NCBI GenBank assembly: GCA_021811265.1 | Contig: JAJZPH010000004.1 | Coordinates: 396-64,395, forward strand | DNA: 64,000 nt | Reading direction: 5' to 3' | Source: a bacterium | GTDB lineage: Bacteria > Chlamydiota > Chlamydiia > Chlamydiales > SM23-39 | In this document: positions 10,826 to 20,723 of the stretch, piece after piece | How the letters are laid out: each line of letters starts with the position of its first letter | Position numbering within the stretch: position 1 is the stretch's first letter | Program-made: the position numbers and the translations under genes | Notes under the pieces: generated by a model | Databases searched by the model: none | What the model was told of the DNA's origin: nothing | The model's input: the letters and a program-made list of their open reading frames with translations, nothing else

Positions 10826-11209
10826 ATGCCAAGAATAATTGGAATTGATATTCCAGAGAATAAGAGACTCGAGGTGAGTCTGACCTATATTTATGGGATT
10901 GGAAGAAAGCTTTCGAAAAAAATTCTTGAAAGAGTGGGCCTCGATCGGAACATGAAAGCAAAAAATTTGACCGAAGAAGATATAGCGAAAATTGCAGCTC
11001 TACTTCAACAAGATTATGCGGTGGAAGGAGATTTGCGGCGCCAGATTCAAAACAATATCAAGCGTCTCGTAAGCATTCATAGCTATCGCGGAATGCGCCA
11101 TCGTTTGGGACTGCCCGTACGTGGACAAAGAACGCGATCGAATGCAAGAACCCGCAAGGGCAAGAGAAAGACGGTTGCGAACAAGAAAATTCAAATAGCT
11201 AAGGGATAA
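10826..11209 (+). CDS. rpsM: 30S ribosomal protein S13 (uS13)
   Basis: [15 protein letters not shown]-terminus. It follows secY directly. Confidence 0.95.
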   Translation: MPRIIGIDIPENKRLEVSLTYIYGIGRKLSKKILERVGLDRNMKAKNLTEEDIAKIAALLQQDYAVEGDLRRQIQNNIKRLVSIHSYRGMRHRLGLPVRGQRTRSNARTRKGKRKTVANKKIQIAKG

Positions 11210-11225
11210 TTGAAGGAGATTTGCA

Positions 11226-11672
11226 GTGGCAAAACAGCAACAAGGCAAAACAGCACAGACAGCAGCGGAAGGTGGAGAAGCTCAAAAGAAGCCCAAAATT
11301 CGCGCACGCAAAAAAACAGCGCGCACCGTTCCGATGGGCGTGGCTCATGTAAAAGCTACGTTCAACAATACAATTGTGACGATCACCGATCCTTCGGGAA
11401 ATGTGATCTCCTGGTCTTCTGCTGGAAAATCTAATTTTTCTGGTTCTCGCAAGTCTTCTGCATTTGCAGCCACTGTAGCGGCGCAAAATGCAGCAAAAGA
11501 AGCGATGGCCTCTGGCATGAAAGAGTGCGAAGTGAACCTCAATGGGCCAGGAGCTGGTCGAGAATCAGCAGTACGTGGTTTACAGAGCTCTGGACTTACG
11601 ATTCTTTCGATACGTGATACCACTCCAGTTCCTCACAATGGCTGTAGAGCTCGAAAGCGAAGACGGGTATAA
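11226..11672 (+). CDS. rpsK: 30S ribosomal protein S11 (uS11)
   Basis: GTG start after [24 protein letters not shown] motif. The N-terminus is an extended basic stretch. Confidence 0.93.
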   Translation: MAKQQQGKTAQTAAEGGEAQKKPKIRARKKTARTVPMGVAHVKATFNNTIVTITDPSGNVISWSSAGKSNFSGSRKSSAFAATVAAQNAAKEAMASGMKECEVNLNGPGAGRESAVRGLQSSGLTILSIRDTTPVPHNGCRARKRRRV

Positions 11673-11699
11673 GATTTACTTATTAAGGGAGAAAGAACA

Positions 11700-12806
11700 A
11701 TGGCTGTAAAATATGGCAAGTTTGAGATGCCGGAAAAAATTCTGATTGATGAATCGGCGAGTCGATTGCCCACATACTGTCGATTTATTGCAGAGCCTTT
11801 TGAAGGCGGGTTTGGACATACGGTTGGAAATGCGCTGCGACGCATATTGTTGTCAGCCTTGGAAGCTCCTGCCATCGTTGGGATACGTTTTGAGGGTGTT
11901 CCTCACGAATATTTGGCTGTAGAAGGCATTGTGGAGGATATGACCCATGTGGTTTTGAATATCAAGGGAGCTCTTTTGCGCTATTTACCAAGCGATGAGG
12001 AAGATAGGTCCCGAAAGCCCAAGTTGATCACGCATACATTGGAAGTGACGCAAGAAGATCTCAATGCGGGCAAAGGCACCCATATAGTGACACTAAAAGA
12101 ATTAATGGGTCCCTCGTCTCCCTATGAAATCATGAATCCCGATCATCCCATTTTCACCGTGACAAAACCCTTTAAAAAGCAGTTAGACGTTCGTGTGGGG
12201 ATTGGGAAAGGGTATCTCCCTTCCGAAAGTAATACGAGCTTCGAAAAAATGATAGATGAGATTGTAATCGACGCCTGTTTTTCTCCTGTTCGCTTAGTGA
12301 ACTACTTTGTTGAAAACACACGTGTAGGACAAAACATCAATTACGATCGTCTAATATTGGAAGTAACAACCGATGGCCGCATCACGCCTCAGGAAGCCCT
12401 TACTTTTGCAACGCAGATCGGCATTCAGCATTTTCAAGTGTTTGCATATCTCAAGACGCATGAACTTACCTTTGATAAGGGAGAAGTAGAGGCTAATAAA
12501 GAACGCGATGAGATGATGAAAAAGCTTAGCTTGAGAATTGGAGAGATTGAGCTTTCCGTTCGATCGACCAACTGCCTTGAAAGTGCCAGCATCGAAACAA
12601 TTGGGGAGCTTGTTGTGATGCCAGAATCTGAAATGTTGAAGTTTCGCAATTTTGGAAAAAAATCGCTGACGGAGATCAATCAGAAATTAGATGAAATGGG
12701 CTTGAGTCTTGGTATGGACCTTAGCAAATATGGCATCTCCAAAGATAACATCAAGGAAATAATTAAGAATTATCTAGAAAAAAACGCAGGAACTGAAGAG
12801 AAATGA
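11700..12806 (+). CDS. rpoA: DNA-directed RNA polymerase alpha subunit
   Basis: 368 aa with [16 protein letters not shown] (NTD) and [21 protein letters not shown] (CTD helix-hairpin-helix). Confidence 0.96.
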   Translation: MAVKYGKFEMPEKILIDESASRLPTYCRFIAEPFEGGFGHTVGNALRRILLSALEAPAIVGIRFEGVPHEYLAVEGIVEDMTHVVLNIKGALLRYLPSDEEDRSRKPKLITHTLEVTQEDLNAGKGTHIVTLKELMGPSSPYEIMNPDHPIFTVTKPFKKQLDVRVGIGKGYLPSESNTSFEKMIDEIVIDACFSPVRLVNYFVENTRVGQNINYDRLILEVTTDGRITPQEALTFATQIGIQHFQVFAYLKTHELTFDKGEVEANKERDEMMKKLSLRIGEIELSVRSTNCLESASIETIGELVVMPESEMLKFRNFGKKSLTEINQKLDEMGLSLGMDLSKYGISKDNIKEIIKNYLEKNAGTEEK

Positions 12807-13231
12807 GACACGCAAAGCATACATTTAAAATTGGACGTACGGGATCACATAATCGATGTTTGATTGCTAACATGCTCAAATCTCTTGTAGAGCATGGGCG
12901 TATTGAGACGACGATTACAAAAGCCAAAGAGTTAAGACGCCATGCAGACAAACTGATTACTCTGGCGAAGAAAAACACTTTGGCAAGCCGCAGGCTGGCG
13001 ATAGGCCGTATGATGGTTCGCTTTAATCCTCTGACTCCAAAAGAAATGAAACAGGCAAAACAGGGAGATTTTTCTTCTTACAATGGAGATCGCCTTGTGG
13101 TGAACAAGCTTTTTGGAGAGCTTCGCGAGAGGTTTCAATCACGCAAAGGTGGGTATACAAGGATTGTGAAAACAGGTTATTCTGTTGGCGACCAGTCTCC
13201 AAAGTGCTTCATTGAGTATTTGCAGGAATAG
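12803..13231 (+). CDS. rplQ: 50S ribosomal protein L17 (bL17)
   Basis: [25 protein letters not shown]-terminus. ATGA overlap with rpoA. Confidence 0.95.
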   Translation: MRHAKHTFKIGRTGSHNRCLIANMLKSLVEHGRIETTITKAKELRRHADKLITLAKKNTLASRRLAIGRMMVRFNPLTPKEMKQAKQGDFSSYNGDRLVVNKLFGELRERFQSRKGGYTRIVKTGYSVGDQSPKCFIEYLQE

Positions 13232-13281
13232 ATAATTTCTTTGAGACGTATTTGATAATTCCTAAGGACAGGTCCTAAGAC

Positions 13282-13310
13282 TTTACATTCAAGTGTTTTC
13301 TTGATTAATA
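13282..13310 (+). promoter_or_regulatory. candidate sigma70/66-type promoter upstream of gapA
   Basis: TTTACA, a 17-nt spacer, then TTAATA, about 30 nt upstream of the gapA ATG. The RBS GGGGGA follows. This is a pattern match only. Confidence 0.3.
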
Positions 13311-13324
13311 TGGGTTAGGTTTGA

Positions 13325-14350
<1,026 letters not shown>

Positions 14351-14352
14351 AT

Positions 14353-15072
14353 GTGAATTTTACCCGTGAGCCTATTATAGAAACGGTGATTACACCTAAA
14401 GAAGGAAATAAACTTTCCGTGCATAGCAGCAAAGGCTTTGGACAAGAAGAGTTTCTTGTCGAGGCAGTTGAAGTAGTATCTTTTGGCAGAGCTCATTTTT
14501 TTCGTTCTCTTGAAAAATCCAAACCCTTTCTTTTGCCAGTGAGCGATTATGAAGTTGTTGAGGTTAAAGAAGCGCGCATGGTTTTAAAAGGAGTAGGTTT
14601 TGAAAAGACGATCAAGATTGGTGGGGGAAAAGAAGTAAATCGGGAGGTATCGGAAGAAAAGACGATTCTTCAACCTGAAGAAACAGCCCCTTCACAAAGT
14701 ACGCCACCTCCTTCCTATCAAGAGAAGAAGCGAGATCGCAAACGCTATCGCAGAAAAGGGGGGCACCAGATGCGCGAATCTTATACCCCTCAGGCATCTG
14801 TCCCGGAAGCAGCTCCTGTACAAGAGGCCGCTCCAGCAGAGGTTTCTGAAGAGAAGAAGGAGGGAGAAGCTCCCCCTCAAGTGATGCGGAAGTTGATACC
14901 GCCGCCGAGTACGCTGATCAAAGAGAAGCTAGCGCGGATTAAGGGAGCCATTGACGAAGAATTGTTTCCCTCATCCGAAGTAACTCTAGCGGAAGGCGAG
15001 ATGCAGAAAGCGGAAGAAAAAAAAGAGAGCGAGGAAGAGTTTCCATCTTTTGATCAGAATCTAAACGACTGA
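14353..15072 (+). CDS. hypothetical protein with an acidic/Pro-rich C-terminal half
   Basis: GTG start 7 nt after AAGGAG, immediately after gapA. 239 aa with a low-complexity EEK/PP-rich C-terminus. I recognise no motif. Confidence 0.5.
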   Translation: MNFTREPIIETVITPKEGNKLSVHSSKGFGQEEFLVEAVEVVSFGRAHFFRSLEKSKPFLLPVSDYEVVEVKEARMVLKGVGFEKTIKIGGGKEVNREVSEEKTILQPEETAPSQSTPPPSYQEKKRDRKRYRRKGGHQMRESYTPQASVPEAAPVQEAAPAEVSEEKKEGEAPPQVMRKLIPPPSTLIKEKLARIKGAIDEELFPSSEVTLAEGEMQKAEEKKESEEEFPSFDQNLND

Positions 15073-15078
15073 TTGAGT

Positions 15079-15163
<85 letters not shown>

Positions 15164-15264
15164 TATTTGCGAGGAAGAAAGCCAATCATTTGGCTTTCGG
15201 CTGGAGGAGAAGTGAGAAGCCTCCGCTTGCAAGAAGCGGCAGCTTCGAACCGGCGGGAAGCCCG

Positions 15265-15282
15265 GACTCCAGTTCCGAGCAT
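15265..15282 (+). repeat. 18-bp direct duplicate of the tRNA-Leu 3' end (GACTCCAGTTCCGAGCAT)
   Basis: Identical to 15147-15164. It is separated from the tRNA by about 100 nt of hairpin-rich sequence. Confidence 0.85.
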
Positions 15283-15426
15283 GTTATTTTGCAATACTTA
15301 CAATTCTTGAGTGCCCATGTCTTGGCATAAGTTTTTTTAACGATCTTTGGCAAAAATTTCTTGATGTGGTTAAGATGGCTTCCAAATTTATTTTGGTAGA
15401 CAGTTGAACATTCTTGCGGAGGGGTT

Positions 15427-16956
15427 ATGAAACTCTGTGGATTCTTTCTAAGTTTTTTGTTATGTGTTTTTTGCTCCTCGCTTTGTTCCGAAGAGTTTCT
15501 CTTTAGCGAAAGTGCGCTTGATTCCTATATTGAAAAGGGCATGGCTTCTTTAGATGTGCCGGGGGTGGCTATTGCTATTGTAAATGACGGAAAAATCTGT
15601 TTTATCAAAGGGTATGGTGTACGCAAAGTGAAAACTAAAGAAGTGGTGGATGAAAACACAATTTTCTCCATTGGCTCTTGCACCAAGGCTTTTACTGCGG
15701 CGGCTCTTTCCATTCTCGCTGATGAAAAAAAACTCTCCTTTGATGATGCTGTTCTCTCACACTTAAAGAGTTTTCGTCTCTCCGATCCTTACGTAACTCA
15801 AGAAATCACAATTAAAGATTTACTGTTACATCGTTCTGGATTAGAGAGGGCCGATCTTCTCTGGTATGGAGGTTCTTTTGACCGAAAAGAGATCATCAGC
15901 AGATTAAAACATGTGGCTTTTGCACGCAGTTTTCGCTCGGAATATGGATATAACAACTTAATGTATTTGGTTGCAGGAGAGTTGATTCCTATTTTGACAT
16001 CCCAAAGTTGGGATGGGTTCATTCAGCAGCGGTTTTTCCTTCCTCTCGAAATGACAAGAAGCGGCACAACGGTGCGCTCTTTAAATGAATCTGAAAATGT
16101 GGCTTCTCCTCATCAAAAAATTCAAGGAGAAATAAGAGTTGTCTCATGGGCAAATGTTGAGAATATAGCGCCCGCTGCAGCAATTAATTCCACTGCGAGC
16201 GATATGGCAAAGTGGGTGCAAATGTTATTGCAAAAAGGGATTTATAAGGGCACTCATATTTTAAATGCTCATAGCATAGAGCAGATGTTTTCTCCGCAAA
16301 TTTTTGCCAGTGAGCCTTGGACCAAAGGTCTTTATCCAATGGAAACTGACTTTTTTACATATGGTTTTGGGTGGCGTATTTATGAGTATCTGGGCAATAA
16401 GATTGTGGAGCATGCCGGGTGTGTGGATGGAATGGGAAGTCTTGTGGTCATGATTCCAGAGAAAAATTTTGGTATGGTCATTTTGACCAATCGATTGTTA
16501 AATGGGTTGCCCTACTCGATTAAGAACCATCTTTTTGATATCTACTTATGTCTTCCTCAAAAAAACTGGAATGAGAAGATCGGAAAGGAGTTTTCTGATT
16601 TTGAAGAAAAGGCGGCGTTGGATGAAAAAAATACAGAAAACGAACGTGTTGCCAATACGCAGCCTTCATTGCCGTTAGAGGAATATGTGGGGACATTTCA
16701 TAATGATGAGTATGGTGATGCGACGATCTTTTTGCAAAATGGCGAATTGGTGATAGATCTTTTAGCTTTTCACTGTCCATTGATGCATTGGCATTTTGAT
16801 GCTTTTCGATTTGATCCCAGCGTTTCTTTTCCACTTTTTATGAATAAACCATTTGTGAATTTTCGTCTGAACGCCAAAGGTAAGGTGGAAAACTTACAAA
16901 TGACTACCTCTTGGGCCTTGGAGTCAATTTGGAAAAAAGTCTTAGCCAGCCAATAG
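15427..16956 (+). CDS. secreted serine hydrolase of the beta-lactamase/PBP (class C-like) family
   Basis: N-terminal signal peptide (FLSFLLCVFCSSLCS). SxxK motif in SIGSCTKAFTAAA, a downstream Tyr-x-Asn-like YNNLMY, and an HAG triad-like motif. 509 aa with an extra C-terminal domain. Confidence 0.8.
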   Translation: MKLCGFFLSFLLCVFCSSLCSEEFLFSESALDSYIEKGMASLDVPGVAIAIVNDGKICFIKGYGVRKVKTKEVVDENTIFSIGSCTKAFTAAALSILADEKKLSFDDAVLSHLKSFRLSDPYVTQEITIKDLLLHRSGLERADLLWYGGSFDRKEIISRLKHVAFARSFRSEYGYNNLMYLVAGELIPILTSQSWDGFIQQRFFLPLEMTRSGTTVRSLNESENVASPHQKIQGEIRVVSWANVENIAPAAAINSTASDMAKWVQMLLQKGIYKGTHILNAHSIEQMFSPQIFASEPWTKGLYPMETDFFTYGFGWRIYEYLGNKIVEHAGCVDGMGSLVVMIPEKNFGMVILTNRLLNGLPYSIKNHLFDIYLCLPQKNWNEKIGKEFSDFEEKAALDEKNTENERVANTQPSLPLEEYVGTFHNDEYGDATIFLQNGELVIDLLAFHCPLMHWHFDAFRFDPSVSFPLFMNKPFVNFRLNAKGKVENLQMTTSWALESIWKKVLASQ

Positions 16957-17055
16957 AAAAAAGGACCTTTTAGGAGTTGTTGGATATATCGACTTTTTCT
17001 CAACGAAGCCATGCAAGTTTGGGAAAAATTTTTAGATATTGTGCGCTTTCTTTTC

Positions 17056-17084
17056 TTGACACTTAGCATATTTTTTGAATAAAT
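17056..17084 (+). promoter_or_regulatory. candidate promoter for the OMP gene
   Basis: TTGACA, a 17-nt spacer, then ATAAAT, about 25 nt before the ATG at 17109. Pattern match only. Confidence 0.35.
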
Positions 17085-17108
17085 TTAATTTTTAACAACG
17101 AGGAAAAA

Positions 17109-17795
17109 ATGAATATTTTCAGCAAGCTAAAGGTCTTTTTTATCCTGTTTTTTTTCCAATTGATGGCTCAAGGTGCCGAGGCAAATGTTAGAGAAAATTT
17201 TTATCTCGGTTTGGGATTGGTAGATTCCATCAACCATTATGAACTAAAAGTGAAAGACACTTCTACTCAGATCTCCGTCAAGAGAAAAAAAGAGCATAAT
17301 CAACTATTGGGCAGCGCGTTTTTGGGATATGGTTACACAACTCACTGCTCGCTTTATATCGCCGGTGAACTGGGTACCAATTTTCCAAAAAGATCGAAAA
17401 AAATTTCTCGTCCTGGGGTCACGTTCGTTCCTTTCACATTTGTGGACCGAATCTCTATTCAAGAGTATGTGACGGGAGATATTCTACTTGGCTATCGCCC
17501 ATTTGATTGTTTCGTAGTGTATTTGCGTGGAGGAATTTCTGTTGCCAATATTAAACTCCACCAGTTTGTCAACAGCGCCGCGAGTCCCTTTGGTTTCGAT
17601 GCCGATAAGACGAAAGCAGGAGGGCGTATTGGCGCTGGATTGAATTACGGCCTGACAAAACATTTTGGATTAGGCGCTGATTATGTCTTTACGGGTTATC
17701 AAAGGTTTCGTGCTTTTTGGCCCATGTTTAGCACTCTTTTCGTTGCAGAGAATTCTTCACACTTCATTAGCCTCTCTGCGATCTATAGTTTTTAA
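17109..17795 (+). CDS. small outer-membrane beta-barrel protein (OmpA-like/opacity-type barrel)
   Basis: Signal peptide ending AQGAEA, alternating hydrophobic beta-strand pattern, aromatic-rich strands and a C-terminal ...SLSAIYSF with terminal Phe. Confidence 0.65.
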   Translation: MNIFSKLKVFFILFFFQLMAQGAEANVRENFYLGLGLVDSINHYELKVKDTSTQISVKRKKEHNQLLGSAFLGYGYTTHCSLYIAGELGTNFPKRSKKISRPGVTFVPFTFVDRISIQEYVTGDILLGYRPFDCFVVYLRGGISVANIKLHQFVNSAASPFGFDADKTKAGGRIGAGLNYGLTKHFGLGADYVFTGYQRFRAFWPMFSTLFVAENSSHFISLSAIYSF

Positions 17796-17822
17796 GGGAA
17801 AGAGAGTCTCCAAACTGATCAG

Positions 17823-17854
17823 AGAGGATTCAAGTGGGAATCCTCTTTGTTTTC
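17823..17854 (+). terminator. rho-independent terminator after the OMP gene
   Basis: AGAGGATTC-aagtgg-GAATCCTCT stem-loop followed by TTGTTTTCG. Confidence 0.55.
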
Positions 17855-17998
17855 GTCTTTTAGGGGTTATGTTTGCATGCTTTTAAGATCCACAAGCAAA
17901 ATAAGACTTCCTTTTTGATTGGGGAATTTTTCTCAATGATTCTCTAGTTTTCAACACAGCCAACCCTAGCCTTTGTTACCAAAAAGGAGTAAGAGTAT

Positions 17999-18295
17999 AT
18001 GACGACAACGCCGCTCAAGGACCAGGATGTCTTCATTAAAACTTTTTTAATAAGCTGCCGAGAGTCTCCAGCGAGCCCTCTTATGGGCAGCCTCATTCGC
18101 CAGGTTGAGAGCTTAGAAATAAAATTTCAACCGGACCTGTTTGTATGGATATCTGAATTCATTCAAGATTTAGAACGAGCATGTAAGTTTTCTCCTACAA
18201 AAGAAACTCTCCAACAATTGGGCGAAAGAATCCAAATAATCGGAGAAAAAACACAGCCCCTTAAAAAACAAGGTAGGGCTCAGCAGGGTTTTTAG
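17999..18295 (+). CDS. hypothetical protein (98 aa)
   Basis: ATG preceded by AAGGAG. No recognisable motif. Confidence 0.4.
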   Translation: MTTTPLKDQDVFIKTFLISCRESPASPLMGSLIRQVESLEIKFQPDLFVWISEFIQDLERACKFSPTKETLQQLGERIQIIGEKTQPLKKQGRAQQGF

Positions 18296-18310
18296 AATAG
18301 AACCAGAAGA

Positions 18311-18429
18311 TATACACAAAGAACTTGGAAGATCGCAAACTGCCCAATATTAATGAAATATGGGGTAGTTTACGATCCCCGAGTTTTTGGCGTGCTCCAG
18401 AAACCGATTTTCCAAGTTCTTTGTGTATA
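18311..18429. mobile_element. MITE-like element, copy 1 (terminal inverted repeats TATACACAAAGAACTTGGAA...)
   Basis: The left end TATACACAAAGAACTTGGAAGATCG is the reverse complement of the right end CGATTTTCCAAGTTCTTTGTGTATA. Both the core and the ends recur at 44166-44331. Confidence 0.75.
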
Positions 18430-18431
18430 AC

Positions 18432-18603
18432 TAACGCGAGTTTGGGGTATGCCGCTCTATGAAAAAGGCAGATATTTCAGATGATTTAACAACCAAAATT
18501 GGGAAAATAGAGGTCGAAGGCGCCCTCATTTTCCCAATTTTGGTTGTTAAATCGCTGAAAGATAGCCCTTTTTCATGAGTGCCTTATCCAAAACTCGCGT
18601 TAA
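18432..18603. repeat. ~170-bp long imperfect palindrome (hairpin element)
   Basis: The arms TAACGCGAGTTTGG...ATGAAAAAGG...GATTTAACAACCAAAATTGGGAAAAT pair with ATTTTCCCAATTTTGGTTGTTAAATC...CCTTTTTCAT...CCAAAACTCGCGTTA. The core is a perfect 25-bp stem. Confidence 0.8.
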
Positions 18604-18765
18604 CTAGAGCAAGTATGCTATTTTTCTCTTACAAAAGAAACTCTGCATTTTCGATGCAATTTGGAGAAGAAATTTTGTCAATGGATTGCATGTGTAGAAT
18701 AAATTTCTTGTTAAAATTCTTTGAGAAATGTAAAGTTGTTTTTTTATTTAATGACAGGATTTCTC

Positions 18766-19044
18766 ATGTCCGATCATGTTTCTGATGAGAAAAAGTTGCA
18801 AAAGCCTCAAGATAATCTTTTCGTTTTTAACGACAAGAATCTTTGCAGGTTTCACAAGAGGAAGTGGGCTTTTGATATGGTGGAAGTTTGTACAAAAAAC
18901 CCACGTCCGCAGCGTTATTGGTGCCATTTTACAATTCGGCTATTCGATAATGAGGAATTTGTACAGTGCTACCCCAAAAGGGGACAACTGAATTTTACAT
19001 CAACAACTGATGAAAAAGAACATTTTTCCCAGAGGACTCGATGA
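18766..19044 (+). CDS. hypothetical small protein (start uncertain)
   Basis: ORF 18721-19044. The ATG at 18766 (MSDHVSDEKK...) seems the more plausible start. No motif and only a weak RBS. Confidence 0.25.
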   Translation: MSDHVSDEKKLQKPQDNLFVFNDKNLCRFHKRKWAFDMVEVCTKNPRPQRYWCHFTIRLFDNEEFVQCYPKRGQLNFTSTTDEKEHFSQRTR

Positions 19045-19181
19045 AAAGACAAATTATTTTGGAATTAACGATAATTTTTTCTTGCTTTAAGGAATGTTTT
19101 TGTTGTAAAAAATATTGCGCGAAAAACTTGAGTCATAATGACTAATCTTCTGTTTTTCACCTTAATTCTTGGCAGATCTTT

Positions 19182-20609
19182 ATGAAAGTTAGGAAAAATA
19201 TAGGTTTTTTCTCTAGATCATTGGAAGTGCTTCAGTGGGTATGCCGTTTTAACTTCGGCAATTTCGAAACAGAAGAATTTAAGAAATTTCTCCGTATGGG
19301 CATCATTTTTTTTCTAATCATCGGTGTCTATTGGACTTTGCGAGCACCTCTAAAGGATGCTGTCTTTATCTCGTTGTGTAGCTCTATGGAACTGCCCTAC
19401 GTAAAAACCGCATCTGTTTTATTTATGGTTCCCATTGTGATGGTCTACACAAAATTGCTGGGAATGTTTGCAAAAGAGAGGGTTTTGGTAATTGTGCCTG
19501 CATTTTATGGGATTACCATTTTAGTTTTGAGTCTCTTGATCTTTTTTGTACAAGCTCTCTCTGAAACAATTTCTGATCGTTCTTTGGTCGCTTATTGGGG
19601 AACCAAAGTTTTAGGCTATTTTTGGTATGTCTTTGTTGAGAGCTTTGGCTCTTTGATCCCTGCGCTTTTTTGGGCATTTGCCTCGGACTCGACAGATCCT
19701 GCAACTGCAAAACGCGGCTTTCCACTTGTTTATGTCTTTGGGCAGCTTGGTGGAATCATTTTTCCTTATACGATTGGCAGTCTTCCTCATCGTTTGGGTT
19801 TTACAACAGACGCCTTTTCGATGGCGATTTTAGGAATTCTTATGCTCCTGATCATACCTGCAGTGCGTTACTTTTTACGAAACACCCCTGCCGCCCTGTT
19901 AGTTCCCTTTCGAGCAGAAAATGAGACGAAACCAGAAACGCCCCAAGAACCTGGGTTTTTCGAGGGGTTAAAGTTGATTTTCAGGCATCGTTACCTCATG
20001 GGACTTTTTATTGTAAATTTTGTGTATGAAGTGATCATCACGATTTTCGATTTTAATTTTAAGATTGCAGCAGGACAAGAATATTCAGGAGTTGCTTTGA
20101 GTCGTTACTTGAGCTTGTATGGATCTAGTGTAAATATGATTTCTTTTGCTTGTCTCATTTTAGGAGTTAGCAACATTATCCGTTATTTAGGGGCGGGAGT
20201 TGCTCTTTTGATCACCCCTGTCATTATTGGTGCAGCTCTTTTTGGGTTTTTAAAATTGGAAAGCCTTTCGTTTCTGTTCATTTTGATGGTGGGTTCTAAA
20301 GGAATCAATTATGCTTTGTATGGTCCCTCCTTAAAGCAACTTTACATACCGACAACGTCGGAAGTGCGCTTCAAAGCATTGACTTGGATTGAAACTTTTG
20401 GCTCGCGTACTGCAAAAGAGGGGGGGTCTATCATCAATATGTTACTCTCCTTTTTCCAGAAAACGTTTGGTGTGGTTGCCGGAAGAACTTATTATTTGAT
20501 ACTCAGCGGAGTCATTGGATCTTGTCTGGTACTGATCGGTTTTTGCTCTGCTCTCTATTTAGGGAAAAAATTCAAGGACGCAATAGAGAGCAAGAAAATC
20601 ATTTGTTGA
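19182..20609 (+). CDS. nucleotide transporter of the TLC/NTT (ATP:ADP antiporter) family
   Basis: 475-aa polytopic protein. EEFKKFLRMGIIFFLIIGVYWTLRAPLKDAVFI and FWAFASDSTDPATAKRGFPLVYVFGQLGG match conserved Npt/Tlc N-terminal and loop motifs (FWGFAN...AKRFYPLFGLG). Confidence 0.7.
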   Translation: MKVRKNIGFFSRSLEVLQWVCRFNFGNFETEEFKKFLRMGIIFFLIIGVYWTLRAPLKDAVFISLCSSMELPYVKTASVLFMVPIVMVYTKLLGMFAKERVLVIVPAFYGITILVLSLLIFFVQALSETISDRSLVAYWGTKVLGYFWYVFVESFGSLIPALFWAFASDSTDPATAKRGFPLVYVFGQLGGIIFPYTIGSLPHRLGFTTDAFSMAILGILMLLIIPAVRYFLRNTPAALLVPFRAENETKPETPQEPGFFEGLKLIFRHRYLMGLFIVNFVYEVIITIFDFNFKIAAGQEYSGVALSRYLSLYGSSVNMISFACLILGVSNIIRYLGAGVALLITPVIIGAALFGFLKLESLSFLFILMVGSKGINYALYGPSLKQLYIPTTSEVRFKALTWIETFGSRTAKEGGSIINMLLSFFQKTFGVVAGRTYYLILSGVIGSCLVLIGFCSALYLGKKFKDAIESKKIIC

Positions 20610-20723
20610 AGTTGCGAACTTTGTTTCGACCATCTTTTATTGCCAAATCAAAAATAAGAAATAAATTCGTGGAGTTGTTTTCTAAGAATTTTCATCGAGA
20701 ACAACTCAAAAGAGCATTCCAGG

